A program made the translations under genes and the position numbers. The notes beneath the pieces are model-generated. The model saw only the letters and a program-made list of their open reading frames with translations. It was not told the DNA's origin and searched no databases. From the NCBI RefSeq assembly GCF_000981445.1, contig NC_027218.1, forward strand, positions 248,001-312,000: a stretch of 64,000 bases of DNA, given 5' to 3'. Positions 1 to 12,563 of the stretch are shown here, piece after piece; the first letter of the stretch is position 1; each line of letters opens with the position of its first letter. Source of the DNA: Babesia bigemina. Its lineage: Eukaryota.

Positions 1-144
1 ACCTGGAGCCAACGCATTTATGAGACTCAGATTTGTCTCCTCTTGTGTTACATCACCTGTAGCGCTCGTTGGATGGAGTTTGCGCACTATGTTTGAAAAT
101 GTTCCAGCATAAGTGCTAAGAGCAGTTTCTGCATCATCAGCCAT
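1..144 (-). CDS. 5' end of an unknown gene running off the window (MADDAETALSTYAG...)
   Basis: ATG at 144 opens 48 stop-free codons to position 1; lies divergent from the DPAP gene. Confidence 0.4.
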   Translation of the reverse strand, partial: MADDAETALSTYAGTFSNIVRKLHPTSATGDVTQEETNLSLINALAPG

Positions 145-565
145 GTTTTACTGATTCGTGGTTACAAATTGCAGACACTAACGCAAATATCGTCCGTGGT
201 TCGCCCACATTATTCGTGTTTTGCCGATATTACAACTGACATAGGAACGCGATTCTTATTTCTGTATCAGATCTAAATATGAAAACAATACATGGAGTGG
301 AAGTACTTGTTGTATGTTGCGGGACTCACCGCAGCCTTGGCGAACTAAGGTCCGCCGTATACGTGCCGTCGGCGGCTATTATAGGAACATTGAACCTCTG
401 GACCATATATTTAGAAATTTAACATTATTCCGGTGTGTAGATGTAGTCTAAAACAGTGATGACGTATATCTGTGTTTCTTATTTCCTACCTATGGTATAT
501 AACCTGACAAAACGACATCGCAGAAGTGTGTACCGCTGTTGAACTTACAAAGACAACACATCGCA

Positions 566-2668
566 ATGTCCCATGTGCAAAATCGGTCTCTTAGATGCGT
601 CTTCCTGACATGTTTTGCCTACATTACAGCGTCGGTTCTTTTGGCGGAGGCGGATCTTCCCATTCACGCATTGACTGTAAGTTAACCGCGACCTAATGGA
701 ACATTATTAGTACACCTGTGCTGCTTCCATGCCTTTAATTAACCAATGTGTATGCTTTGTTAAGTACACATTTGGCTCAGAGCGATGTTCTAGGCATATG
801 GCGTATCTTAGAAACTGAAACCTTTCACGATGAGCCACAAACATGCGGTGGATCACTACCTAATCGCAACTTGGATAATTTGAAGCTTGGAGATTATAGG
901 CGTTATCTACAGGCTAGATATGGTGGCCTTCGTGAGACTGTAGTCGAGCTGGTTGATGAGCGCCATTACCGAAGGAGCGAACTTCCTCCTAGGAATCAAT
1001 GGCGTTACTTAGGCGTACGCGATCCTGCATCTGGACACGGCTTTATAGGACAGTGGTGCGTTGTTAACTTTTCGATGTGTAATTGGTTTCAGGACTTTGG
1101 TCTATGATGAAGGTCTCGACATAGATATTGGCCCCAGCCGTTACTTCGGATTTTTCAAGTACGTAAAGATCGATAATAATGATTGCCCTATGGTGTTGGA
1201 AGGTATGGTAAATCTCAAACATATCACATAAATGGCAGGAAGCCAAGAGGATTCCCACGGCAATGTGCAGTGTTACAGGACAACAGCGTCTGAAATTGGC
1301 ATTGGTTGGGCCACTAGGAAGGTGTTTAAGAACGGAAAACCAGCATTTACTTATGGTTGCTTCTATGCCGAAAAGGTTAAAGACGACAAACGCCATTCGT
1401 ATGTGCTGGATGAGTCCTCCAATGCAGTTTTACGAAACGAGAAACACAGGTAACATCTCCTATATTAGATGACACGATTCATACAGTATCAACAAATGGG
1501 TGAAAAGGGATTACGCGGAATTCCGAGATTTGTCTCCCTTTCGATTCTTGCAACTGCACAAGGGTACTTACTTTAAGAGCATACATCATTCTCATTTATC
1601 CGAATATCGGACATCCGATACCCATTTTGCCAATCGATTTATGCAGAAAGGTATATTTATTCCATAATCACTCACATTTCGTGTAAGGGGCACATGGCAA
1701 ATATGCGTGCAAAGCTGTAGCTGACGCTGCCGACTACTACGGTGAGATGGAACTACCACGTCACTGGTCATGGGGCGACTCTTTCTCCGGCGAAACAGAT
1801 ATAATCCAACCTTTCAGTCAAGGTGAGTTATATGAAATATTCTTACATGCCCACTAATAGGTCAATGTGGGAGCTGTTATGCAATGGCATCCATATATGT
1901 GCTGGCTAGGCGCTTCGATATTCTACTCCGTAAGCTCTACCCGGAAACCAATTGGGAACATACTGCGCGACCCTCGGTGCGCGATATTGTGGAATGCTCT
2001 CCGTTTAATCAGGGCTGCTTCGGTGGATTCCCATTTTTGGTAGGGAAGCATCTTACAGAATTGGGTGTTCTGAGTGAGTCGGACTCACCCTATACGATGA
2101 AACTAGAAGGAGGTACATCTAGCTGTCACGTTAAACAGGACAGCCCCGATGACAGGTGGTTTGCAGCATCATATGGGTATATTGGCGGATGTTACGAGTG
2201 CACAAGTGAGTTAGAAATCATGAAGGAAGTCTACCACCACGGACCTGTCGCCGTCGCTATAGACGCTCCACAAAGCCTTTTCAACTACTATAACGGTTAG
2301 AAATCAACGCTGCAATATGCACCTTGTGTAGGAGTTTATGATGATGAGCCAGCCAACCACGGATCCAATTGCGACTTGCCGCTTTCCAGTTTGAACGGTT
2401 AGTTTGAAACGCATAAGACGCATTTCTTTCAGGTTGGGAGTATACTAACCACGCGATTATTATAGTTGGGTGGGGTGAGGAAGATGTGGAGGGTGTTCTC
2501 ACTAAGTTTTGGGTCTGTAGAAATACGTGGGGAAACGATTGGGGTATTGGCGGTTTCTTCAAAATGAAGCGTGGGGTAAACTTATGTGGAGTTGAGTCAC
2601 AGGCTGTATACATCGACCCGGACCTTACCCGAGGTATTGCTGCGCGCCTGGTGAAGAGTCAGACATGA
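566..2668 (+). CDS. DPAP1: Dipeptidyl aminopeptidase / preprocathepsin C (papain family C1A), multi-exon
   Basis: Signal peptide then DLPIHAL (exclusion-domain start). Introns 677-780, 1056-1092, 1823-1860 and others. Spliced product gives WTLVYDEG, catalytic QGQCGSCYA, HGPVAVA, YTNHAIIIVGWG and RNTWGNDWG. Confidence 0.93.
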
Positions 2669-2749
2669 CGAATTTGACGTCACTACCTTACTATATCGCA
2701 TGCACAAAAATGACCCTGCAATGCACATTATTACAGCGTTACATATTAC

Positions 2750-3663
2750 TCAACTAATATACGATCGGCAATAAGTCTGATTTTATAACAATAGTTTTTA
2801 AAATCCGATAATGCGCAGCGTAGTGTCTCGTTACTCCCAACGAAGTGTAGATTGTGCGTCCTTGGAGTTACACGCTCCAACTCTGGTGTAGTGAGTACGG
2901 AATATCAGACAAAACCTTTGGCATCGCTTAATATTCTTCCGCTGTTAAGCTCGAACGCGCCCCAATCAATTACCCCATTTTCGTCGTTGTCGAGTAAGCT
3001 GAATATGATGTCGACCATCCTGCTGTTTTTTGAATTAACGATAAACATGAAGTCTGATTTTGAAACTGAGAAGTCAATGCCGTTCGTCTTTTTCTTTCTT
3101 TGCAGGGTGAGATCAAAGAAACGCTTGCGCATGTGCTCATATTCGTCGATTGACGCATTGTGGAAAGAGTCATATTCCCTTAGAGAATCGTCCAAATCAT
3201 GTTGTATATAACTGAGCTTATTAATTAAGTGGTACGTAATAGTTTTCACGGTATCCGTTAGCTTAGACTTTTGTGGAAGCTTCAATCCGTTCAATATTTC
3301 CACCAGGGACTCCTTGTCAATGTCGTGTTCTTTGACCATTTGTTTGGTCAAGTCATCTATATTATGTATTCCTTTTGCGATTATTTTAATGTTAAACTGC
3401 TCACCGTCGGTGAGACAGCTTTTGACAAAAGCTTCTCGGGCTTTAAGCTGAATCACTTGCCTATCGAGTCTGAATAACCTCTCAAATATAGTTGCCAACC
3501 TGTTCAGTGAGTCATTCGACTCTGCAGTAACTTTTGTCACAGTCATTGCCGCATTCAGTTTTTCTTGATACTCCTCTGTCGGCCTTTCTTTGCGAGTCAG
3601 GCATGTGAAAGGCGTACATAGACCCAACCAATTCTCACCAGAATCTTTTTTTTCAGTAGACAT
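2750..3663 (-). CDS. EF-hand-like protein with N-terminal Cys pair (possible palmitoylation)
   Basis: 252-aa ORF with EF loop DNDENGVIDWGAF. A 33-nt intron (2883-2915) extends it to ...ALSDFKNYCYKNQTYCRSYIS*. Confidence 0.7.
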
Positions 3664-3769
3664 TATGCGCTCCAGTGCTTACATTACAAAGGATTAGCCT
3701 GTATCATAGAGTACCGAACTCCCTACATTGGTTCTTTAATTCGGCGCCGGCTGCACAAAATACGTTGGT

Positions 3770-3906
3770 GTGTACATAGCCTGTGTACACAATTAGCAAT
3801 CCATATCTTGAACAAAGCTCCGTAATTTCGCCAATCGGTTGACTATACATTTAGTATACGTATTATAATAGCTCGAGCATTATTGTGATTTCTATAATGC
3901 GTGTAC
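3770..3906. promoter_or_regulatory. Cluster of GTGTAC motifs (candidate ApiAP2 sites)
   Basis: GTGTAC at 3770, GTGTACAC at 3783 and GTGTAC at 3901, upstream of the EF-hand gene. Confidence 0.3.
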
Positions 3907-4860
3907 AAGATGCATAAAGTACATGGCGTTGATTCTGTTGAACGTCTATTATAAAAATGACATTCTTTAAAATGACTTTCCTTCAATGGCACGCCACCTG
4001 AAATCTACATAATAATTGAGTTCATTTGTATGATTTTGTGCCTGCAAGGAACTGTTCTCTACCCCTGGTTAGCATTGGAAACGTTTTACACGGAACCGGT
4101 GCACATTGATAAATGAGTCAAAAGCCACCAATACACTTCTTTTACTAAGTGCGACGCGATCATTAAATGTACAATTGACTAATACCTGCGCGAAATCGTA
4201 ACACCGTCGATTGCAATGTTTTTGGCGCGTCTGAAACGGCCATTGCACGCCTATTTTATTTCAGATAGCACCCAGATTCATTTACTGCCGTTGAAAATAC
4301 ATTTGCTACGATTTTTTCACCAATCGCATAGTCGTCATCGGATGGACCTGCAGTTTATACGGCGTACATTTACTTCAAGGTATAAACCCATAAACAGCGG
4401 AACGCATGTGTGTGCTCACATTGATCAAGAAATTTAACCCTGTTTTATAATGCGTGCAAAATGCAATATTTCATATAGACATCGACTGTGTCTTCTACGT
4501 ATGGAATTTACACATCACGCTGTGTATAGTGCTGCTCTAGGTAGAAGCGTAGATTAAGGGTCACATTGTGCCTGAAACCTTATCAGCGCTATGTAGCTGT
4601 AATAGCTACGTAGTCATGTGTATTATCCTATATTAAACTTGCCATTTTTTTCATGCGGGTGGCGGTTGCCTATGTCCCGCTTGGCATCGTCCATTGAAGT
4701 CACATCCATGGTGTCTTCCGTTGTTTTATGGTATTATTATATATTGTGATTGGTTATACAGGCGATCGTTTGGATTTATAGTGACCTTTACCAGCTGACT
4801 TGTGTAGCGCCGCAGGCCCTGCAATGGGCCATTGGAATAAGTCTTCTTCCGTTTTTGGAG

Positions 4861-5595
4861 ATGGATGTCAGCGGATTCGGTATTGCCCGTGATGTGCGCA
4901 AGCAAACATCTGAGAGCTCGGAATTTCCAACGCTATGTGAGACCTGTCTTGGGCCTAATCCTCTGATACGGATGTTGAAGGAACGCTGTGCGAAGGAATG
5001 CAAAATCTGTGAACGGCCTTTTACAATGTTCAGGTGGAAACCGGGTCCTAAGGCGCGTTATAAGCAGACAATAATTTGTCAAAATTGCTCTAAAATAAAA
5101 AACGTATGCCAGACATGTCTCTTCGACCTTGAATACGGTTTGCCTGTACAAGTGCGCGACGAATTTTTGAAGAATGGCATAGAATTAGCAGAGGCGAAAG
5201 CCAATCTAAATCACCAGTTGGGCAAGTTAGAAAATGGTACACTCGAGTTGCCTCGCTCCGAGAATAACCCTATGTTGGAGAAGCTTGCGCGCGTTGCCCC
5301 GTATTATCGCAGAAACAAACCACGCGTGTGCACATTCTGGTTACGCAATGCTTGTAACCGTGGCGAAGAATGCCCCTATTCGCACGACAATGACGATCTG
5401 CATTATCACGATGGGGCGCTTGCAAAACAAAATATTAAAGAGCGCTTCCACGGCAAGAACGATCCTGTTGCGGCAAAAATTTTGAAGCGCATAGAGGATT
5501 CAAAGAAGTCTTCAAGTGAAGAAGAACCGAATACGCAGGTGAAAGATGGAATTTATCCATCGATGCTTCCTCACGAAGCGCAGCGGCGGCGTTGA
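4861..5595 (+). CDS. RBM22: Pre-mRNA splicing factor RBM22/Slt11 (zinc fingers + CCCH, no RRM)
   Basis: FPTLCETCLGPNPLIRM, ECKICERPFTMFRW, KNVCQTCLFDLEYGLPVQVRD, CCCH finger CTFWLRNACNRGEECPYSH. Confidence 0.92.
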   Translation: MDVSGFGIARDVRKQTSESSEFPTLCETCLGPNPLIRMLKERCAKECKICERPFTMFRWKPGPKARYKQTIICQNCSKIKNVCQTCLFDLEYGLPVQVRDEFLKNGIELAEAKANLNHQLGKLENGTLELPRSENNPMLEKLARVAPYYRRNKPRVCTFWLRNACNRGEECPYSHDNDDLHYHDGALAKQNIKERFHGKNDPVAAKILKRIEDSKKSSSEEEPNTQVKDGIYPSMLPHEAQRRR

Positions 5596-5596
5596 T

Positions 5597-6298
5597 TCAA
5601 CATATCAGAATACGAAAACATATTACTCTGGTAAATATTAACTGTAACTGCAATACGTTAACTTGATTTTTGTGAGCGTCGGCATTGCCAGTCATTATCG
5701 CAACTCCGACTAGCGTAGTAGCTCTTCTGTACTGCAGTACGCAGATTTGGTTCCTCGCACTGGATGTACAGTAATACGCTTTACGTGTACAGCTGTGATT
5801 TCGTCTGCAGCTTGCTAAACTGGCTACTATATCTTGCGCAACTCCGCTGTCTCCAAATTGCGGAACCTCCGAAGAAACATGCCGTTGTCTAGCGAACATG
5901 GAGCAGACGGAAATGGAAGCGTATAGAGCCGAGTGACATTCAAAATTCTGCGCGACTTACATTTCATCTTCGTCGTCGTTCATTCCGCAAAGTATTCGGT
6001 TTGTATGCTGTTTGTTACGATGGAAAATTTCGACAGACGCCATGGTCGCCTGTAATCCACGAACGATCATCGACCATATGCAAACGGTATATATCGCCAC
6101 ATATGATGCAGGAAATCCTAATAACCAGATGCTAAAGGCGCACTGTACCAAAGCCGCGACGTAGAAGAGCTTGGAAGGACCGTAAAAGACATGGAATTTG
6201 CCACAGCATGTGTATATAGCGAATACGACGGTACTAAACACCAAATTGTATACGTTTAGTTGATGTGTAAATGCGCTTGCTGATCCTGTCAAATTCAT
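5597..6298 (-). CDS. Hypothetical membrane protein (about 3 TM), spliced
   Basis: Hydrophobic 113-aa exon. A gtaagt...cgctag intron joins it in frame to ORF 5597-5899. The 3' end is uncertain. Confidence 0.55.
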
Positions 6299-6389
6299 GG
6301 TTAAGTTATGTTATGTCTAGTGTGTTGTGCGTGAAAGGATCCTCACATAGCTTCATAAAACCGCTGAGAATCATACTCGTATAACCGAT

Positions 6390-7254
6390 ATGAAGCGGAA
6401 TAAACGTGCGTTTAATGCTACCATCATAGATAATGATGAACTGGACTTTACATCGGCGAAACACGGCGATGTGTCGGACTTAGATCACACGGAATATGTC
6501 GCTCCTCTGGAGGAATCGGACGCCGATGATGGGCCTGTGGTTGTTAACGCAGCCGAATTCGTAGCAGGTATGGTGGTTATTCGCAGAATCATCGCGATTT
6601 CAGACATACCAGGCAGCGCGGAGGAACGCAGACGTTCTCCAACGCCGCCACGTCGCACAGTGCTGTAAGCGATCGCCTCTTCATTATAAAAAAACGCAGC
6701 AACGATGACGATGATGTAATATATCGCGACAAGAGCGGAAGGCGAATCACCCGCGAACAATGGCTGCTACTTCATGAGAAGCGCAAACCTAAGTCGGCGC
6801 GTGCAGAATCGACTCAGGAACTTTCCTGGGGAAAGGGTCTTGTACAGAAAGTCAACCACGAGGCACAGGAGGCTGAGGAGCGTAGGCTAGCGCAGCAACC
6901 CCTAAATCGCTATGACATCGACGAGGAATACGACAGAGAACTCAAGGCTCGAGGTCGATGGAGCGACCCTATGTTTTGCTCAGAATCACGGCGGCCAGGT
7001 ATTACGTCGCCGAAATGCGTTTATTTTGCATCAGATGGCGACACTCCTAAGTGCCGATTCGCCGCCGTTCCAAATAGATTCAATATCGAGCCCGGCTACC
7101 GCTGGGACGGCGTTATCCGAGGTAAGGGGTACGAGGAACGTTGGTTTAAGGTACGTGTTGGTCACGTTTTTCCGATTTCACAAGTAATTAGGCTGAAGCT
7201 AGCAGAAAGGCGAAACAGAAGGAGATGTACTTGAACAATATTGCGGACATGTAG
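6390..7254 (+). CDS. BUD13: Pre-mRNA splicing factor BUD13/CWC26 (RES complex)
   Basis: Spliced product has VIYRDKSGRRI, WGKGLVQ, RWSDPM and PNRFNIEPGYRWDGVIRGKGYEERWFK, ending ...IADM*. Confidence 0.9.
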
Positions 7255-7459
7255 CCACCTTTCGGTTCTACATCGAGCAGCCAAACCCGTATATCGGGCA
7301 AACATGCCGGACAGTTCTATCGTAAATTATTAAAAGTTTCAGCTTTATACTCTACGGTTGGTGCATTGTTCGGCCTTACGCGTTGGTGGTGCTTCTCCTA
7401 CACGCCATCTCATTTCACCGAAGTTAACCGGTAAGACACCATGTTTACGCATTATTACT

Positions 7460-8293
7460 ATGACTAGAAGTTCCGGAGCCCGCTATATGCAATGGCCGTG
7501 GGCGTGTGTTAGACCCATCTTATTTGTGCGTAGCTCGGCTTCCATAGGCCTTCGTCGCGAGGTAGTCGATACACAATCGCCATCGGGGAGCAACGTTTTG
7601 AGGCTTACACGGCGATTTGCTGGTTCGGTGAAAGAAGTGAGCCCCGTTGTGCAAATAGATTCTAAGGGAAGTAGGAAATTCGTGTATGACAACTTCGGAA
7701 GGTTACGTGTATTCTTCAAGTTTCTCATATTCCAGAGCATACCTCTTGCGATATTTGCCTACTGCTATCGTAGGTTCGAGAAGGAACGTCAGTGTTTATA
7801 TTCAATCCCCCTTGAAACAGTGGATGAAGCGCTGCGTCATTTGTGGTCGATTACACGTAACGCGCACTGTTTTCTCCAGGTGGGCGGGAAATTTTATATA
7901 GTTAATTACTCCGTGGGGTCTGATGCGGGTTTTCGTGCTGTAGATACGCTTGAAGGATTTGTAAGCAAATTTCAGAGGGACCACCGTGATGCACTGCGGA
8001 ACATTTATGTATCGTACCCCAATGATAGGAACATTGACAGTAGCATAGAGTCGGAAAACAACATCGAACTTCTGTTTTACAACCAATCGTTAGATTCTTT
8101 CGCTTCAGTAAAAGCTGTGGCGCACATAATTACTGATCCGGGTCATAGAAAACAGGCGTGGAATCCCAAACTGGGTCCTGACACCAACAACCTTGCGATT
8201 CTCAACACGAAAGCTGTACGTATCGGATTCGGCAACAACAACAACAAGTCTATTGCTTTTGAAAACAAAGGCGACTGGATTTTGTCAAAATGA
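7460..8293 (+). CDS. Putative mitochondrial single-TM protein with PNPOx-like (FMN split-barrel) C-terminal domain
   Basis: Arg/Ser-rich N-terminus, one TM (FFKFLIFQSIPLAIFAYCY), and NIELLFYN...FASVKAVAHIITDPGHRKQAWNP resembling pyridoxamine-oxidase-like proteins. Confidence 0.6.
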   Translation: MTRSSGARYMQWPWACVRPILFVRSSASIGLRREVVDTQSPSGSNVLRLTRRFAGSVKEVSPVVQIDSKGSRKFVYDNFGRLRVFFKFLIFQSIPLAIFAYCYRRFEKERQCLYSIPLETVDEALRHLWSITRNAHCFLQVGGKFYIVNYSVGSDAGFRAVDTLEGFVSKFQRDHRDALRNIYVSYPNDRNIDSSIESENNIELLFYNQSLDSFASVKAVAHIITDPGHRKQAWNPKLGPDTNNLAILNTKAVRIGFGNNNNKSIAFENKGDWILSK

Positions 8294-8973
8294 TGGAGGA
8301 ATTTTTTAAAGTAATTTTGCTCATAGCACTATTTGCAATACCAGCTGCTTGGTTTATTTCAGCATTCTGCTCCAGCAAAACTGGTCGTACTGTGGTTATA
8401 TGCGGTCCAAGTTGTGCTGGGAAAACAGCCTTAATGGTATATTTGGCTCGGGGTAAACATGTTGAATCGCAAACATCGCAAGCCGTCAACACGATTTCGT
8501 TGAGAACTAAGAATGGGGCAATTACACTGATAGATACGCCAGGTAGTTTTAGGTTGCTGCCAGACTCGATGAAGCACATAGAGCGCGCAATGTCGTTAAT
8601 ATTCGTTGTTGACTCTGCGGATAAGCACAGCTTCAAAATGGCGGCACAGCAACTCGTGGATATTCTGCTGAACGCAAAGGTTGCGGCTAATGGCCCCTCC
8701 ATGCTTTTTGTGGCAAATAAGACAGATGTAATGGGATCGAGAGACCCGGATACCGTCCTCCATTTTGTTCAATTAGAAGCAGAACGCATTTTAAAGGCGT
8801 ACAAGAGCGAAGCGCATATGAAAAGCATACCCCCTGAGTCCTTGCACATTCTAAATCGCCTGGCGCAGGAAAATTTCTCAATATATAACACATCGCTGCA
8901 AGTTACATTGTGTAAAGCATCCGTGAAAGCAGGCAGCGCAACTGATGTTCTCTCGTTTGTCGAAAAACAGTGA
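8290..8973 (+). CDS. SRPRB: Signal recognition particle receptor beta subunit (Arf-like GTPase)
   Basis: N-terminal TM, P-loop GPSCAGKT, DTPG, IFVVDS, ANKTD. Confidence 0.88.
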   Translation: MMEEFFKVILLIALFAIPAAWFISAFCSSKTGRTVVICGPSCAGKTALMVYLARGKHVESQTSQAVNTISLRTKNGAITLIDTPGSFRLLPDSMKHIERAMSLIFVVDSADKHSFKMAAQQLVDILLNAKVAANGPSMLFVANKTDVMGSRDPDTVLHFVQLEAERILKAYKSEAHMKSIPPESLHILNRLAQENFSIYNTSLQVTLCKASVKAGSATDVLSFVEKQ

Positions 8974-9388
8974 CAGCGAGTTTCAAAAGTGTATAGAACA
9001 AATGAGATAATTTAGCCATATTCTGCAAGATATATGTCACGCTAATTGATGAATTCTGCACTGGGTTTACGCATAGGATATAACGTAATTCTGCGTGAGT
9101 TGCATGAATATCGTGGTTGACTATACATTGGGGATTAGCACTTGTTATCTTAATAAATTTAATTTATTGCCCCCGCACAGATCTTTTTATGTCATAATTA
9201 GTTTGCATATACTCCAAACCCAGCTGAGAATAATAACTCAACATATTTTCACTTTAAGGTAGCGCCACTTTACGGGTAATCAATGTAGCCATCTATTGAT
9301 GCTGGCACATATGTTGTTTTTAACACTCGCATCCAGAGGAAACGACCGTGGATACCTGAACTCTGATGGTCGCACGGCATGTTAAAAG

Positions 9389-11648
9389 TTAGTTGTCACA
9401 CGGGTGAAGAAGTCTTGATAACTGATCGCATGGTGCGGCTACCACATCGGATTTTGTGCCGAATTGACTCACTTTGCCCTCGTGCATCACCTTTATCCCG
9501 TTATAATGCATTGCTAGAAACATACCATAACGTAGTCAGCCAATGATAGCAGGGTGGGGCGGTGAGTTATGACTATGGCAGTTTTTTCCCTCAAAAACTG
9601 ATCTCTGATATATATGCTTTTCATATATCTTACTTCAGCAAGGTTTCGGTTTAGTTGCTGCTCCGATTCAACATCCAATGCTGATGTCACTTCGTCGAGA
9701 AGTACCAGTTTGGGATCACGTGCTAATGTTCTGGCGATTGAAACTCTCTGACGTTGTCCTCCTGTAAGTTGTTGAATACGAATAAACATACGTAAACGAA
9801 CCGCTTAAGCCTTTACCCATCTGCCCCACCATGGTTTTGTCACCATCTGGCATTGAGTTCAAGACCTCCATGAGCCCCGATCTCTTGTAAGAGTCTTGTA
9901 GGTCCACCGTTTCATGAACATTTCCATATAAAACATTGTTCCTAATGGTTTCATTGAAAAGCGCCCCCTGCTGTTCGACCCATCCACACTGATCATATTA
10001 TGTGTAAGAACTTAAATTGAACGCAAACATACCAGAGAACGCAATTCCTTGATGTTAATATCGCTTAGAGGCACTCCATCTATACATACGCTACCGGCAT
10101 TAGGTGCATATAGACCAAGCAGGACTTGGATTATCGAACTCTTCCCACAACCACTCTCCCCGAATATGACTAACGTTTTACCGGATGGTAACACGAATGA
10201 AAGGTTCCGTAAGATTGCACAGTCTGGCCTCAATGGATACGAGAAATACACATTCTTGAATTCGATCTCTGGAGGTACTGAAGTAAGGGAATGTTTCGAC
10301 GTCGTTTTAACATTATTCCCATCCATATGAGAAGCCAAAGTCACAGCTGCACCTATGCACTTGCGAATTTCAGCAAAGCTAGAAGTGCAGCTTTGTAACG
10401 ATCCACCGACCAGTGCTGTGTACATAAGCAACGATGTGACATCGCCGATTTGCATTGTGCCGTCCAATATAAGCGAGGCACTTTTGTTAACCGTGAGGAT
10501 TATCAAAGATCCCACGGCACCAACTGCAACAAAATTCATGCTCGCATTATAAAGTGCAGCTTTGACGGAGGCGGTGAAAAGGTGACGCATCTAAAAGGAT
10601 TTTCAGCACATACTTTCAATAAACACACCTTCTCTGCAAACACTGTTTGCTCTATTGGCTCTGCATTGAAGGCTTTCACTGTTTTCATATGTGAAAATCT
10701 TTCCTCTGTATGCGATATCAAGGCAGCGAGGCGCCGCATTTGTACAGCAGTCTGCCTCTGTACACACCTAGAAAGCGGCAAAATTATAAACATAAGTGCT
10801 ACGATTGGCAACATAGTCTGCGCCATTAGCGACACAGGAGCCAGTTTCAGCGAGAAGTATGTTCCGACGACAAAGCTGGCGGAAGCCCGAACCATTTGGC
10901 AGAGGTGATCTATTATTCCTGCCGCCACCGCTGTATCCGTGGAGATGACTGAGGATAGTTTTCCGGAGGAATTCTTGTCAAAAAAACTGACATCTCTACC
11001 TAGCATAGACGCATACAAATCTTCACGCATTCTCCTGGCCATTCGTAGGCTTGCTAAACCTGACAGCAAACACTTCATGAAGGATGCTATAGCGGCTCCC
11101 ATAACGAAAAACGAACCTTGTACCATGCTTGGGGCGCTTTCCGTTGAAAAACTGTTAATATAAGTACCAACCACGGAAGGGAACACAGTTATGAAAGCGC
11201 TTGACGCAAGGAGTGCAACGAATGTTGGTACTACAAATGGCCATTCTTTTAACATACAATCAACGATGCATATCACACCACGTCTGTCTGCTACGTTACT
11301 TATCAATCCTGTTCTTATCCGTTGTTTATCATTGGGTCTTTGTTCCCTCCATGTCGCCGTGGAAAAGGCACGTAAGCTTATTATGCGTGTACCTAAAAAA
11401 TTTTGGTTTCCTGAATACGACCACCGTAATGATTCGATAGTTGGTGCGGTAGTATTCACTACACGAGTCAACCGGATCCTTTCTAGTCCGTAGCAAGATG
11501 TTAACACATCGGTACAACATTTACCAATAGGACGGTACGGATGACCGGCGATTACTTTCGCTACGCTTATAGAGCTTCTATCACAGAACAGTGTGCCGGT
11601 GGTGGAATAAAAAGGCTTCCACCAATAAACGAATGTCTTGGCAGCCAT
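9389..11648 (-). CDS. Mitochondrial-type ABCB half-transporter (MDL1/ABCB10-like), multi-exon
   Basis: Long basic presequence, ABC TM domain ([12 protein letters not shown]), Walker A GESGCGKS, spliced LSGGQRQR signature, [14 protein letters not shown]. Confidence 0.9.
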
Positions 11649-12563
11649 AGTGATACATCCATTAGTATGCTGTGAATGTTACTTCAGCTGCGCCAATTAC
11701 AATGAAGTCAGACAGTAACAAGCCCTTTTAATACCTCACCATGTTACAAATCAAGTTGCGTTGCAATTTGGAGGGGAAGTACTGTATTGATAGATGCACA
11801 ACCCATTCTACGTAAATCGTTAAAGATGGATTATGATTTGATATCGCCTATAAGATGTTTACGTTCTCCATTGAGTCATCGTTACTTCTAAAATGTTTAT
11901 GGTAATGAAACATTGTACCTTTGGGCGTACATGGGAGTCACTTTTCATTGTTTGGATCACCGATGCAAACTTTCTGCCAGGAATAGGCCACATAGCACAG
12001 TCCCTGGTCTCCTGATCCTAAATTAAGCCACTCGAAATATGTTCAGTGTCTGCGTTTATCGTTGATGTCAGAATCAACCGTCATCAATTCACACATCTGG
12101 TTTGCAATGCAGGCCTGCTGATGTGTATGTTATGGGTCAATCAGGCATCAGCTAGACAGCGGTGTAAAAGTTGTCTTCAAATTGACACAGTAAATCACCG
12201 TTACAGCATAGTGTTGGATTTCATGGTGATGTTCAGTTCGTTTTAGTGATTTCTAAATGCGTTTAATATACGTGTGGTTTCCGCACTTATTCAATTGTAG
12301 TCAAAGCTGAGTCCCTGTAATAACGGAGATTGTAAATTTAATGTTTAAACCTTGTAATAATATTTTTTTGAATCGCTGTTTCGGAGACAGGGCACGCATA
12401 GCAGCAAACAGTATGTGTATCACTGCGTTTTGTTACACTGCAATTACTTCGCTGAATTGAAATGTGTAACGTGTTAATGGTCAATACTGCAACCTTACAG
12501 AGTTTTAACGTAATGTGTGATTGGCAGAAACATTGACGTTACGTTTTAGGTCGGATATCGAAG

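Noticed and set aside
10536..10630. Apparent frameshift between the two ABC transporter ORFs
   Set aside because: Explained by an ordinary short GT-AG intron (gtgtgt...ttttag).
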